From Mobula hypostoma (lineage: Eukaryota), in assembly GCF_963921235.1 (NCBI RefSeq), contig NC_086100.1, positions 203,238,001-203,302,000 of the forward strand: a stretch of 64,000 nucleotides of DNA. Direction: 5' to 3'. Every line of letters starts with the position of its first letter. Position 1 is the stretch's first letter. The position numbers were made by a program, and so were the translations under genes. Below the pieces are notes generated by a model. The model was not told the DNA's origin and searched no databases. It saw only the letters and a program-made list of their open reading frames with translations. This document shows positions 24,901 to 36,910 of this stretch, one piece after another.

Positions 24901-25707
24901 CACAGACTAAAATCTCTCCTGAAATATTGTCCTTCACCCATTGATGTCTTTTCCAATATTTTTACAGGTTTGAAATGGCAGGATACTTGTGTACGGGAAT
25001 CACAACCATAACACATCGGTTTTGCTGACTCTGTCTGGATATTTAAGGAGTGACCAAATATTTTCTTTGCAACACATCTGTTGTCGATCCTTGGAGATGA
25101 AGAAGTATCTCATTCCAGCTGGTAATTTATTCTGTCTCTGAAATGAAGTTTTCTGTTTTAACTCTGTGAAACTCACTGGAACCGGGAGCTGAGAACACCA
25201 GCATTTGTTCACTGGAGATCAGTTCTTCAACTGCATTGATTGTACAAAGGATTCAAACGTCTGACTTTCTGAATTGCCAGACAATTGATCGTAGTGAGAT
25301 ATCATTCTCCATCTCTCAGTGTGGGAAGGGATTCACTCACAGGCTACCCACAGACACACCAGTGAGTTCACCGTGGGGAGAGGCCATTCACCCGCACTGT
25401 GTGAGGGAGGGGAACCACTCAGTCATCCAGTCTGAAGCTACATCAGCAAGTTCACACCATAGTGAGATGCTCCACCTGTTCTGCAAGCAGGAAGCCATTC
25501 TGTTATCGATGCTAAAGGTACATCAGAAAATTCACCAGTGAGAGGACATTGACCTGCTCAGACGGTGGAAAGGTGTTCGCGCACTCAACCACACCACAGT
25601 GACACCAGCGTTCACACGGGGAGAAGCCATTCACCTGCTCTGAATGTGGGAAAGGGTTCACTCAATCATCTGAACTGAATGAACACCAGTGAGTTCACAC
25701 TGAGAAG

Positions 25708-26766
25708 ATGCCGTTCACCTGCTCAGACTGTGGGAAAGGATTCATTCTGTCAAATCACCTGCTGCAACATCAGTTAGTTCACACTGGGGAGAGGCCATGC
25801 ACCTGCTCAGACTGTGGGAAGGGATTCACTCAGTCGTCCCACCTACAGAGTCACCAGCGAGTTCGTACTGTGGAAAAGCCATTCACGTGCTCTCAATGTG
25901 GGAAGGGATTCACCCATTCATCTCAACTGAAGGAGCATCAGCGAGTCCACACTGGGGAGAGGCCGTTCACTTGTTCTGAATGTGGGAAGCTATTTGCTCG
26001 GTCATCTCATCTGAAGTTACATCAGCGAGTTCACACTGGAGAGAGGCCATTCACCTGCTCAGACTGTGGGAAGGGATTCACTGACTCGTACAACCTACAG
26101 AGACACCAGCGAGTTCACACTGGGGAGAAGCCATTCACATGCTCAGAATGTGGTAAAGGATTCACCCAGTCATCTGATCTGAAGTTACATCAGCGAGTTC
26201 ACACTGGGGAGAGGCCATTCACCTGCTCAGACTGTGGGAAGGGATTCACTCGGTCGTCCCACCTACAGAGACACCAGCAAATTCACACTGGGGAGAAGCC
26301 ATTCACATGCTCTGAATGTGGGAAAGGATTCATCCAGTCACATCATCTGAAGGAGCATCACCGAGTCCACACTGGGGAGAAGCCGTTCACTTGCTCTGAA
26401 TGTGGGAAGGGATTCACTCAGTCATCTCACCTACAGACACACCAGCGAGTTCACACTAGGGAGAGGCCATTCATCTGCTCAGACTGTGGAATGGGATTCT
26501 CACACTCATCCACACTACAGGGACACCAGCGAATTCACACTAGGCAGAAGCCATGCACATGCTCGGAATGTGGAAAGGGATTCACCCAGTCAGCTGAAAT
26601 GAAGGCACATCAGCGAGTTCACACTGAGGAGAAGCTGTTCATCTGCTCTGAATGTGGTAAGGGATTCGCTCGGTCACCTCAACTGCAGGTACATGAGAAA
26701 TTTCACATTGGGGAGAGGCCATTCATATGCTCTGAATGTGGGAAGGGCTTCATTCAACCATTTTGA
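25708..26766 (+). CDS. Tandem C2H2 (Kruppel-type) zinc-finger protein, 12 finger units plus a partial 13th; possibly a pseudogene
   Basis: Repeated CxxCGKGF...HQRVH-TGE(K/R)PF; finger 2 has its last His changed to Arg. Bounded by in-frame TGA codons (25690-25692 and 26764-26766), with further fingers on both sides (about 25300-27100). Candidate acceptor TTTACAG at 24961-24967. Confidence 0.85.
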   Translation: MPFTCSDCGKGFILSNHLLQHQLVHTGERPCTCSDCGKGFTQSSHLQSHQRVRTVEKPFTCSQCGKGFTHSSQLKEHQRVHTGERPFTCSECGKLFARSSHLKLHQRVHTGERPFTCSDCGKGFTDSYNLQRHQRVHTGEKPFTCSECGKGFTQSSDLKLHQRVHTGERPFTCSDCGKGFTRSSHLQRHQQIHTGEKPFTCSECGKGFIQSHHLKEHHRVHTGEKPFTCSECGKGFTQSSHLQTHQRVHTRERPFICSDCGMGFSHSSTLQGHQRIHTRQKPCTCSECGKGFTQSAEMKAHQRVHTEEKLFICSECGKGFARSPQLQVHEKFHIGERPFICSECGKGFIQPF

Positions 26767-27104
26767 CTGAAGCTACATCAGCGAGTTCACACTGCGGAGA
26801 AACCATTCAGCTGCTCTGAATATGGGAAGGGATTCAGTTGGCAATCTCAACTGATTGGACATGAGCGAGTTCACACTGGGGAGAAACCGTTCAGCTGCTA
26901 TGAATGTGGAAATGGATTCACTCAGTCATCCAAACTTGTGAGGCACTACCAAATTCACACTAGGGAGAAATTGTTCACTTGCTCAAATTGTTGGAAGGAA
27001 TTCACTCAGTCATCTGACTTTAAAATCCATCAGCGAATTCACACTGGAGGATGCCACTCACCTGTTCTGAATGTGGGAAAGGGTTCACTCAGACATCTCA
27101 ATTA

Positions 27105-27262
27105 AGACTATAAGATATAGGAGCAGAAGTAGGCCATTTGGCCTTTCGAGTCTGCTCTGCCATTTGATCATGGGCTGATCCAATTCCTCCAGTCATCCCC
27201 ACTACCCTGCCTTCACCCCATACCCTTTGATGCCCTGGCTAATGAAGAACCTGTCTCTCTCG
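27105..27262 (-). mobile_element. CR1 3' fragment truncating the zinc-finger array
   Basis: TAAGATATAGGAGCAGAAGTAGGCCATTTGGCC tail and stem-loop directly after the last finger relic (FTQTSQL). Confidence 0.75.
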
Positions 27263-30020
27263 ATTTGTCCAGGAGATGCTCATGTAGTGAGGTTGTCTTT
27301 GGCTTTGCTCCATTACCGTTACTTTTTTTTTAACTTATGATCTCCTTTACTTAATTTATTTTTACCTACACTAGAAGATTTATTCTATACTACTGATTTT
27401 TCCTGAAATCTGAAGAAATGAGCAAAGAAATAAGTGCAAGATCTAAAGTGCGTGAACCTAAAAATGGGAAGGATTTCGACGGGAACAGGGGGTAAAAAAG
27501 GTGAACCGAAGCAAATGGAACTAACTTATGATATTCTGTTGAATCTTTGAAATGAAAAATTTGAAGAACAACGTCAAAGTTTAACTGAAAAATTTGAACA
27601 ACAACGTCAATGTTTTAAAGAAGTCTTAAAATCAATCACGGACTCTCTGAAATCGCTTGATTGTGAAGTTAAGCAACATCAAAGTAAAATTACTGAATTA
27701 GACATTGAATCTCAGAAGAGAGATTTGAAAATCGAAAATTTGGAACAGAAATTTTCTTCGACGACTAAACAACTGGAACATTTTAAATCCAAGATTATTG
27801 ATCTTGGAAACCAATCTAGAAGACAGAACTTACGTATAATTGGTCTCCCCGAGGATGTCGAGAAAGGAGAACCTTCAAAATTCTTCTCTCAACTTTTAAA
27901 GGATGCATTTAGTTCTGTATTTCCCGATGATCCTCCATTGCTCGACCGTGCTCATCGTACATTGCGTCCAAAACCATCCTCCGAATTTAATCCGAGGCCA
28001 TTGATCCTCCGGTTCCATTATGTTAGCATTAAAGAACATCTTACTCGAATTGCCCGTCGCCAAGGTATGATTAAATTTCAGCAATATCAGTTCCGTTTAG
28101 TGGAAGACTACAGTCCCAAATTGATGAAGGCGTGGCTGGCTTTTAAACCTCTGATGTCCGAATGCTACCAAAAAAATCACAAACCAGCCCTATTGTATCC
28201 TGCATGTTTAAGAATTTCTCCTTCGGACGGATCACGTCGTGTCTTCCATTGCACAAGTGCGGCTCGAAGTTTTTTGGATAAGCACTATTCAACTGCTACG
28301 GATACCTTGCTTTAATTAATGTCTAGTTTTCGCAGCATCGGCTCTCTTTTTAGGTGCTTTTTTTTAAGCCTTTAATCATCATATGAAGAAGATCTTTTAT
28401 AAGTTCTAGACTTTCGTCTTTGGTTAGTAGTGTAGGTATTTTTCACATCTCAATTAAAGTTCATTTTTCCTACGGATGATTTTACTTTTCATTAATTTAT
28501 TAATTTTTAATTTTTTTCTGACATTGTCATCAACAAATTGTTGGTAAATTTGTACTGTATGGAGGAACATTTTCTTTGTTTTTGGCTTCGTATAATTAAG
28601 ATGGCATCTGTTTCCCTTTTCTCATAATATCTTTTGTTCTTTTTGACTTAATCATCGTCTCAGGTTTCTTCTTCCCATAATTCCTTTCTTTTTTTGAAGT
28701 GCCATTTTCAATTATTTATGTTTGTAATTAATTAATAATATGCATCAGCGCTTACCTTTTTTTTGTTCATTTTAGAAATCACAATATGTAGATTATTACA
28801 GTACTGTTTAATTTTTGTTTTGGATTTAGGCGAGGTTTCTTTTTAACATATCTTCTCTAGCCTTCTCTGGCTTAGTTTTGGGATTTCAGGGTGGGGGGTG
28901 GGGGGAGTCTTTCCTTTATTAATTTTTTCTGTTGGGCTGATTCGGTACTACAAAGATGTCTGCAGTGTCGTGATTTCCGGTTCCGCTCTGAATATTTATT
29001 CCTCTTCTGATTTCATGAGTTTACATTATGGTTAACTCTTTATATACCAAAGGGTTAACATTAAATTATGGCTCAGCTTATTAATTTTCTCTCTTGGAAT
29101 ACAAATGGTTTAAACGATCCAATAAAACGGAAAAAGATTTTTAAAGTATTCCAAAGACTGAATACTCACATTATTTTTGCACAAGTAACTTATGTGAGGA
29201 AAGAGGATAATCAACATTTCTTTAGATTTTTGAAGGCCTAACAGTGCCACTCGAACTCCCAAGCCAAAGTGAAAGGAGGTTAAATTTTTATAGATTCCTC
29301 AATTACATTTACACATCAAGACATTATTTCAGATCTTAGTGGTAGATGTTTGTTAATTACTGGGTTACTTTTTAATAAAAAAGTTGCTATGGTTAATGTT
29401 TATGCTTCAAATGCGGATGATCCCGAATTTTTAAGCACTTATTCACTTCTTTTCCTAATTTAAACGAGTATATGTTGATAATGGGGGGTGATTTTAATTG
29501 CTGTTTAAATCCCCTGATGGATAGATCCATATCTAGTCAGGCTTTACCGAATAAGTCGGCTACTCTTATTAACTCTTTTATGATTGACTCTGGAATTTCA
29601 GAAATTTGGAGATTTCTACACCCTAAGGATAAAGAGTCTTCATTCTTCTCACATGTTTATCATTCTTATTCTTGAATTGACTACTTTTTTATTGACTCGT
29701 TTAATTCCATTTGTAATTAACTGCAATTATGACATTATCACCATTTCTGATCATGCTCCAATGAAACTTTCTGTCAAGATAATGGATACTTCTACTATTA
29801 GGCAATGGCGATTTAATTCTAATTTGCTTCGAGACCTGAACTTTGTTAAGTTTATGAAGGATCAGATTGCTTTCTTCTTTTCAACTAATATTGTGGAAGA
29901 AATCTCCAACGGGACAGTATGGGACACTTTTAAAGCTTATATCCGCGGACAGGTTATTTCTTATTCTGTTGGTTTGAAGAAACATATTAAGAATGAAACA
30001 CTTTTGTTGGTTGACAAAAT

Positions 30021-31225
30021 ACTTTATACTTTATTGTGGCCAAACAATTGATACTAGAATGTACAATCATCACAGCAATATTTGATTCTGTGCTTCCTGC
30101 TCCCTGGATTAAAAAACGATAGTATATATTAAAAATATTAAAGATTTAAATTATAAATCTTAAATAGAAAATAGAAAAATGGAAAGTAAGGTAGTGCAAA
30201 AAAAACCGAGAGGCAGGTCCGGATATTTGGAGGGTACAGCCCAGATCCGGATCAGGATTCATTCAGCAGTCTTATCACAGCTGGAAAGACGCTGTTCCTA
30301 AATCTGGCCACATGAGTCTTCAAGCCCTTGAGCCTTCTCCCGGATGGAAGGGGGACGAAAAGTGTGTTGGCTGGGTGTGTCGTGTCATTGATTATCCTGG
30401 CAGCGCTGCTCCGATAGCGTGCGGTGTAAAGTCAGTCCAAGGACGGAAGATTGGTTTATGTGATGTGCTGCGCCATGTTCAGGATCTTCTGCAGCTTCTT
30501 CAGGTCTTGGACAGGACAACTTCCATACCAGGTTGTGATGCACCCTAGAAGAATGCTTTCTACGGTGCATGTATAAAAATTAGCGAGGGTTTTAGGGGAC
30601 AGGCCAAATTTCTTTAGTTTTCTCAGGAAGTAAAGGCGCTGGTGGGCCTTGGCAGTGCACTCTGCTTGGTTGGACCTCCTGCTTGGAGGAACTTAAAGCT
30701 TTTGACCTGTTCCACTTGCACACCACCAATGTAATTTGGGTCCTGCGGTCCGCTACTCCTTCTGAAGTCAACAACCAATTCCTTTGTCTTGCTGACGTTG
30801 AGGGATAGGTTATTGTCTTTGCACCATGCCACTATGTTCTTAATTTTCTCTCTACTCAAACTCATCATTACCTGAGATAAGGCCTACAATTGTTGTGTCA
30901 TCAGCAAACCTATATATTCAGTTTGATGGAAACTTGGCTACACAATCATGGGTGTACAGTGAGTACAGCAGGGGGCTGTGTACACAGCCTTGTGGGACAC
31001 CAGTGCTCAGAATGATTGTAGAGGAGAGCTTGTCCCCTATTTTTACAGCCTGGGTCCTGTCTTCGAGGAAGTTGAAGATCCAGCTGCAGATCTGAGTGCT
31101 AAGGCCCTGCTTCCGGAGCTAAGGAATCCATTTATTTGGAATGATGGTATTAAAGGCAGAGCTGCAGTCAATGAAAAGGAGCCTTACGCATGCATCTTTA
31201 TTCTCCAGGTGTTCTAAGGAGTTAA
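30021..31225 (-). mobile_element. Rex1/Babar-type LINE, 5'-truncated, nested in L1 ORF2
   Basis: RT motifs as at 1-992. AATAAAGTATAAAGT tail (minus strand) at about 30021-30035. L1 frame resumes after about 31225. Confidence 0.85.
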
Positions 31226-33914
31226 AGAAAAATTAAAGAAATTGATAAGATATATTCTATTGCTCCTAGTAAGGAGCTTTATAAACAGAGAGTCGAATTT
31301 CAAATGGAACACAGTTTATTATTAACATCCTCGATTGAAAATCAAGTAATGAAAGCTAGAAGAGAGTTTTATATTCATAGTGACAAATCGGGAAATTGTT
31401 AGCTTATCAGTTGAAAAGTACTTAGGTTAAACGTCAAATTATCAAGATCTGCAAACATAATGACACTTCAACAGTTGATCATGACGAAATAAACAAAACT
31501 TTTCAAGAATTTCATACCTCTTTATACCACTCTTGATTTTCCTCATGATCCTAACACCATGTATGACTTTTTAAGGAAAGTAAATTTTCCAAAATGATCA
31601 CCCGAAGAATGTTCAACGTTAGAAACTCCTGTTACAGATGATGAAATAACAGTTGTTATTTCTTCAATGAATTCTGGCAAAGAACCTGGTCCAGATGGTT
31701 TCACAGTGGAATTTAAAATTTCTTTTTCTTCTATTATTTTTTCATAGTTGTCTAGAATATTTAAAGAAGCAATCAGATTAGATAATTTCCCACAATCGTT
31801 TTATGGAGCTTCTATTTCTTTAATTCTTAAAAAGAATAAAGATCCTACTGATTGTGAATCATACAGACCGATATCTCTTGAAGGTATATTCAAAATTTTT
31901 TTCTACAATATTAGCAACTTGGTTAGAAAAGGTACTACCTCAAATTATCTCTGTGGACCAAACTGGATGTAATAAAAATCGTTATTCATCTTTTAATATT
32001 AGGAGGTTAATGAATATTGTTTATACTCCTTCACTTAGCACTCCAGAATGTATTATTTCATCAGATGCTGTGAAAGGTTTTGACAGAGTTGAATGGCCAT
32101 ATTTATTTAGTGTGTTTGAGAAATTTAATTTTAGTCTGATAGTTATATCGTGGATGAAATTAATATATCATACCCCTGTAGCTTCGGTTTGTACTAACAA
32201 TCAAAGATCTTCCTGTGTTCATTTATCTCAGGGTACTAGGCCCTCTTAGTCCATTATTATTGGATACTGCCCTTGAACCTTCAGCAATTGCTATCCGAGA
32301 CTCACCTACCATTTTTGGTATTACCCGTGGAAATAAAATACATAAGTTATCATTGTATGCAGATGATTTGGTATCATATCTCTCTAATCCTGGGAAATCT
32401 ATTCCCGTTATTTTATCTTTGCTGGCTCAGTTTAGCAATTTTTCTGGTTATAAATTGAACCTTAATTGGAGCGAACTATTTCCCCTAAATATGCAGGTTC
32501 CTATTTATGGATGTTTACCATTTAAATTGGTTACTTACTCTTTTACATATTTAGGAGTTAAAATTACGAAAAAGCATGAAGATTTATTCAAGGCTAATTT
32601 TTTACCTTTAATTGATCAAATTAAACTTTTGTTGAGTAAATGGTCCCCAATGTCTCTGTCATTGATCGGTCGGATCAATGCTATCAAGATTATTATTTTG
32701 CCTAAATTTTTATATTTATTTCAAGCAGTGCAAATTTTTATTCCAAAATCCTTTTTTGATAATATTGATTCCAAAATTTCCTCATATATATGGCAGAACA
32801 AAAGTCCTAGGTTAGGTAAAAGACATTTACAGAAATCTAAAAAGGAGGGGGGTTTAGCTTTGCCGAATTTTAGATTTTACTATTGGGCAATTTACATTCG
32901 ATATTTAAAATTTTGGTTATCGGACTTGGACGTAACTTCAAGTCCACATTGGGTAAATCTTGAATGTAATTCTTTATAAGGGTTTTCATTGGGTTCTATT
33001 TTAGGGACTTTGCTTCCCTTCACTCTTTCTAAATTGTATAAACAAATAGATAACCCAATAGTTAAACATACTTTACGTATATGGTTTCAATTTTGATTTT
33101 TGTTTTGCGTTGAATAGATTTATTTTGGCAAGTCCTATTATATCTAATTTCTTTTTTCAACCCTCTATTATGGATCAAGCATATCTGGCTGGAAAATTAA
33201 AGGTATACTACGATTTTGTGATCTATTTTTGGATAATTGTTTCATGTGCTTTGAGCAATTATCTAATAAATATAATTTGCCTAGATCTCATTTTTTAAAA
33301 GATATTTATAGGTTAGAAATTTTTAAAATACTGTTTCTCCTACCTTCCCGAATGTAGAATACAATTATGAAAATATGTTGAGACATATCTAATAAAGTTA
33401 AGACTGATTGGGAAAGGGAACTTAAGATTATTGTACCAATTGAAAAATGGAAAAAATCTTCAAATAGTTAACTCATCCTCTATATGTGCTAAACATGCGT
33501 TGATACAGTTTAAAGTAGTGCATAGGGCTCATATGTCTCAGGATAAACTCCCTCGTTATTATTCTCATATAACTCGTATATGCGATAGATACCACTCTGA
33601 GATAGCTTCTTTAACTCATATGTTTTGGTCATTGTCTTTGTTGATAAAAATATTGGAAAGATATTTGTGATACTATCTCAACTGTTTTGAATATTGATTT
33701 ACAGCCTCACCCTTTTATTGCAAGATTTGGAATACCACTCATTTAACCTCTTCAGCTCGTCAGATGATTGCATTCCTTACATTAATGGCTGGAAGATCCA
33801 TTTTGCTGAACTGGAAAGAGATTAATCCTCCCACCACATTTCATTAGTTCTCTCAAACTATGTTGTGTTTAAGCTTGGAAAAAAATTAGAAGTGTTATTT
33901 ATGATCTCACTATT

Positions 33915-36910
33915 GACAGTGTGGCTGGGGTGAAAATAAATGATGTTGAAAGTTTAAGCAAATCCGCTGATAGAAAGGTTGTGAGTGGTGGTAAAAATCT
34001 TCTGATGTGTATATATTTCAATGCTATGAGTATTGTGGGGAAGGCGGATGAGTTGAGGGCGTGGATTGACACGTGGAATTATGATGTTATAGCAATTAGT
34101 GAAACTTGGCTACAGGGGGGGCCGGACTGGCAGCTTAATATTCCACGGTTCCGATGTTTCAGATGTGATCGAGGCAGAGGAATGAAAGGTGGGGGAGTTG
34201 CATTGCTTGTTAGGGAAAATATTACAGCAGTGCTCAGGCAGGACAGATTAGAGGGCTTGTCTACTGAGTCCTTATGGGTGGAGCTGAGAAACAGGAAAGG
34301 TATGGCCACATTAGTGCGATTGTATTACAGACCACCCAATAGTCAACGAGACTTGGAAGAGCAAATCTGCAGAGAGATAGCAGGCAACTGCAGGAAACAT
34401 GAAGTTGTGGTGGTAGGGGATTTTAATTTTCCATACATTGATTGGGACTCCCATACTGTTACGGGTCTAGATGGTTTAGAGTTTGTAAAATGTGTTCAGG
34501 AAAGTTTTCTAAATCAATATATAGAGAGACCAACTAGAGGGGATGCAATATTGGATCTCCTGTTAGGAAACGAGTTAGGGCAAGTGACAGAAGTCTGTGC
34601 AGGGGAGCACTTTAGTTCCAGTGATCATAACACCATTAGTTTCAATTTGATCATGGACAAGGATAGATTTGGTCCTAGGGTTGAGGTTCTGAACTGGAAG
34701 AAGGCCAAATTTGAAGAAATGAGAAATGATCTAAAAAGCGTGGATTGGGACAGGTTGTTCTCTGGCAAAGATGTGATTGGTAGGTGGGAAGCCTTCAAAG
34801 GGGAAATTCTGAGAGTGCAGAGTTTGTATGTTCCTGTCAGAATTAAAGGCAGATTGAGTAGGAATAAGGAACCTTGGTTCTCAAGGGATATTGCAACTCT
34901 GATAAAGAAGAAGAGGGAGTTGTATGAAATGTATGGGAAACAGTGAGTAAATCAGGTGCTTAAGGAGTATAAGAAGTTCAAGAAAATACTTAAGAAAGTA
35001 ATCAGGAGGGCTAAAAGAAGACAGGAGGTTGCCTTGGCAGTCAAAGTGAAGGATAATCCAAAGAGCTTCTACAAATATATTAAGAGCAAAAGGATTGTAA
35101 GGGATAAAATTGGTCCTCTTGAAGATCAGAGTGGTCGGCTATGTGCGGAACCAAAGGAAATGGGGGAGATCTTAAATAGGTTTTTTGCGTCTGTATTTAC
35201 TAAGGAAACTGGCATGAAGTCTATGGAATTGAGGGAATCAAGTAGTGAGCTCATGGAAACTACAGATTGAAAAGGAGGAGGTGCTTGCTGTCTTGAGGAA
35301 AATTAAAGTGGATAAATCCCCGGGACCTGACAGAGTGTTCCCTCGGACCTTGAAGGAGACTAGTGTTGAAATTGCAGGGGCCCTGGCAGAAATATTTAAA
35401 ATGTCGCTGTCTACAGGTGAGGTGCCGGAGGATTGGAGAGTGGCTCATGTTGTTCCGTTGTTTAAAAAAGGATTGAAAAATAATCCGGGAAATCATAGGC
35501 CGGTGAGTTTAACGTCGGTAGTAGGTAAGTTATTGGAGGGAGTACTAAGAGACAGAATCTACAAGCATTTGGATAGACAGGGTCTTATTAGGGGGAGTCA
35601 ACATGGCTTTGTGCGTGGTAAGTCATGTTTGACCAATCTATTGGAGTTTTTCGTGGAGGTTACCAGGAAAGTGGATGAAGGGAGGGCAGTGGATGTTGTC
35701 TACATGGATTTCAGTAAGGCCTTTGACAAGGTCCCGCATGGGAGGTTAGTTAGGAGAATTCATTGGCTAGATGTACATGGAGAGGTGGTAAATTGGATTA
35801 GACATTGGCTCGATGGAAGAAGCCAGAGAGTGGTGGTAGAGAATTGCTTCTCTGAGTGGAGGCCTGTGACTAGTGGTTTGCCACAGGGATCAGTGCTGGG
35901 TCCATTGTTATTTGTCATCTATATCAATGATCTGGATGATAGTGTGGTAAATTGCATCAGCAAATTTGCTGATGATACAAAGATTGGAGGTGTAGTAGAC
36001 AGTGAGGAAGGTTTTCAGAGCCTGCAGAGGGACTTGGACCAGCTGGAAAAATTGGCTGAAAAATGGCAAATGGAGTTTAATACAGACAAGTGTGAGGTAT
36101 TGCACGTTGGAAGGACAAACCAAGGTAGAACATACAGGGTTAATGGTAAGGCACCGAGGAGTGCAGTAGAACAGAGGGATTTGGGAATACAGATACAAAA
36201 TTCCCTAAAAGTGTCGTCACAAGTAGATAGGGTCGTGAAGAGAGCTTTTGGTACATTGGCCTTTATTAATCAAAGTACTGAGTATAAGAGCTGGAATGTT
36301 ATGATGAGGTTCGGCACAGCCAAGAAGGGCCTATGGTTTCTATGGTTGTATAAGGCATTGGTGAGGCCGAATCTGGAGTATTGTGTTCAATTTTGGTCAC
36401 CAAATTACAGGAAGGATATAAATAAGGTTGAAAGAGTGCAGAGAAGGTTTACAAGGATGTTGCCAGGACTTGAGAAACTCAGTTACAGAGAAAGGTTGAA
36501 TAGGTTAGGACTTTATTCCCTGGACCGTAGAAGAATGAGGGGTGATTTGATGGAGGTATATAAAATTATGATGGGTATAGATAGAGTGAATGCAAGCAGG
36601 CTTTTTCCACTGAGGCAAGGGGAGAAAAAAACCAGAGGACATGGGTTAAGGGTGAGGGGGGAAAAGTTTAAAGGGAACATTATGGGGGACTTCTTCACAC
36701 AGAGAGTGGTGGGAGCATGCAATGAGCTGCCAGATGAGGTGGTAAATGCGGGTTCTTTTTTAACATTTAAGAATAAATTGGACAGATGCATGGATGGGCG
36801 GTGTATGGAGGGATATGGTCCGTGTGCAGGTCAGTGGGACTAGGCAGAAATTGGTTCAGCACAGCCAAGAAGGGCCAAAAAGCCTGTTTCTGTGCTGTAG
36901 TTTCTATGGT
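33915..36910 (+). mobile_element. CR1 LINE with nearly complete ORF2, 5'-truncated, same family as 993-5144
   Basis: ORFs of 341, 104 and 532 aa with APE and RT motifs ([10 protein letters not shown]). TATT duplicated at 33911-33914 and 36911-36914. Empty paralogous site at about 7990. Confidence 0.93.
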
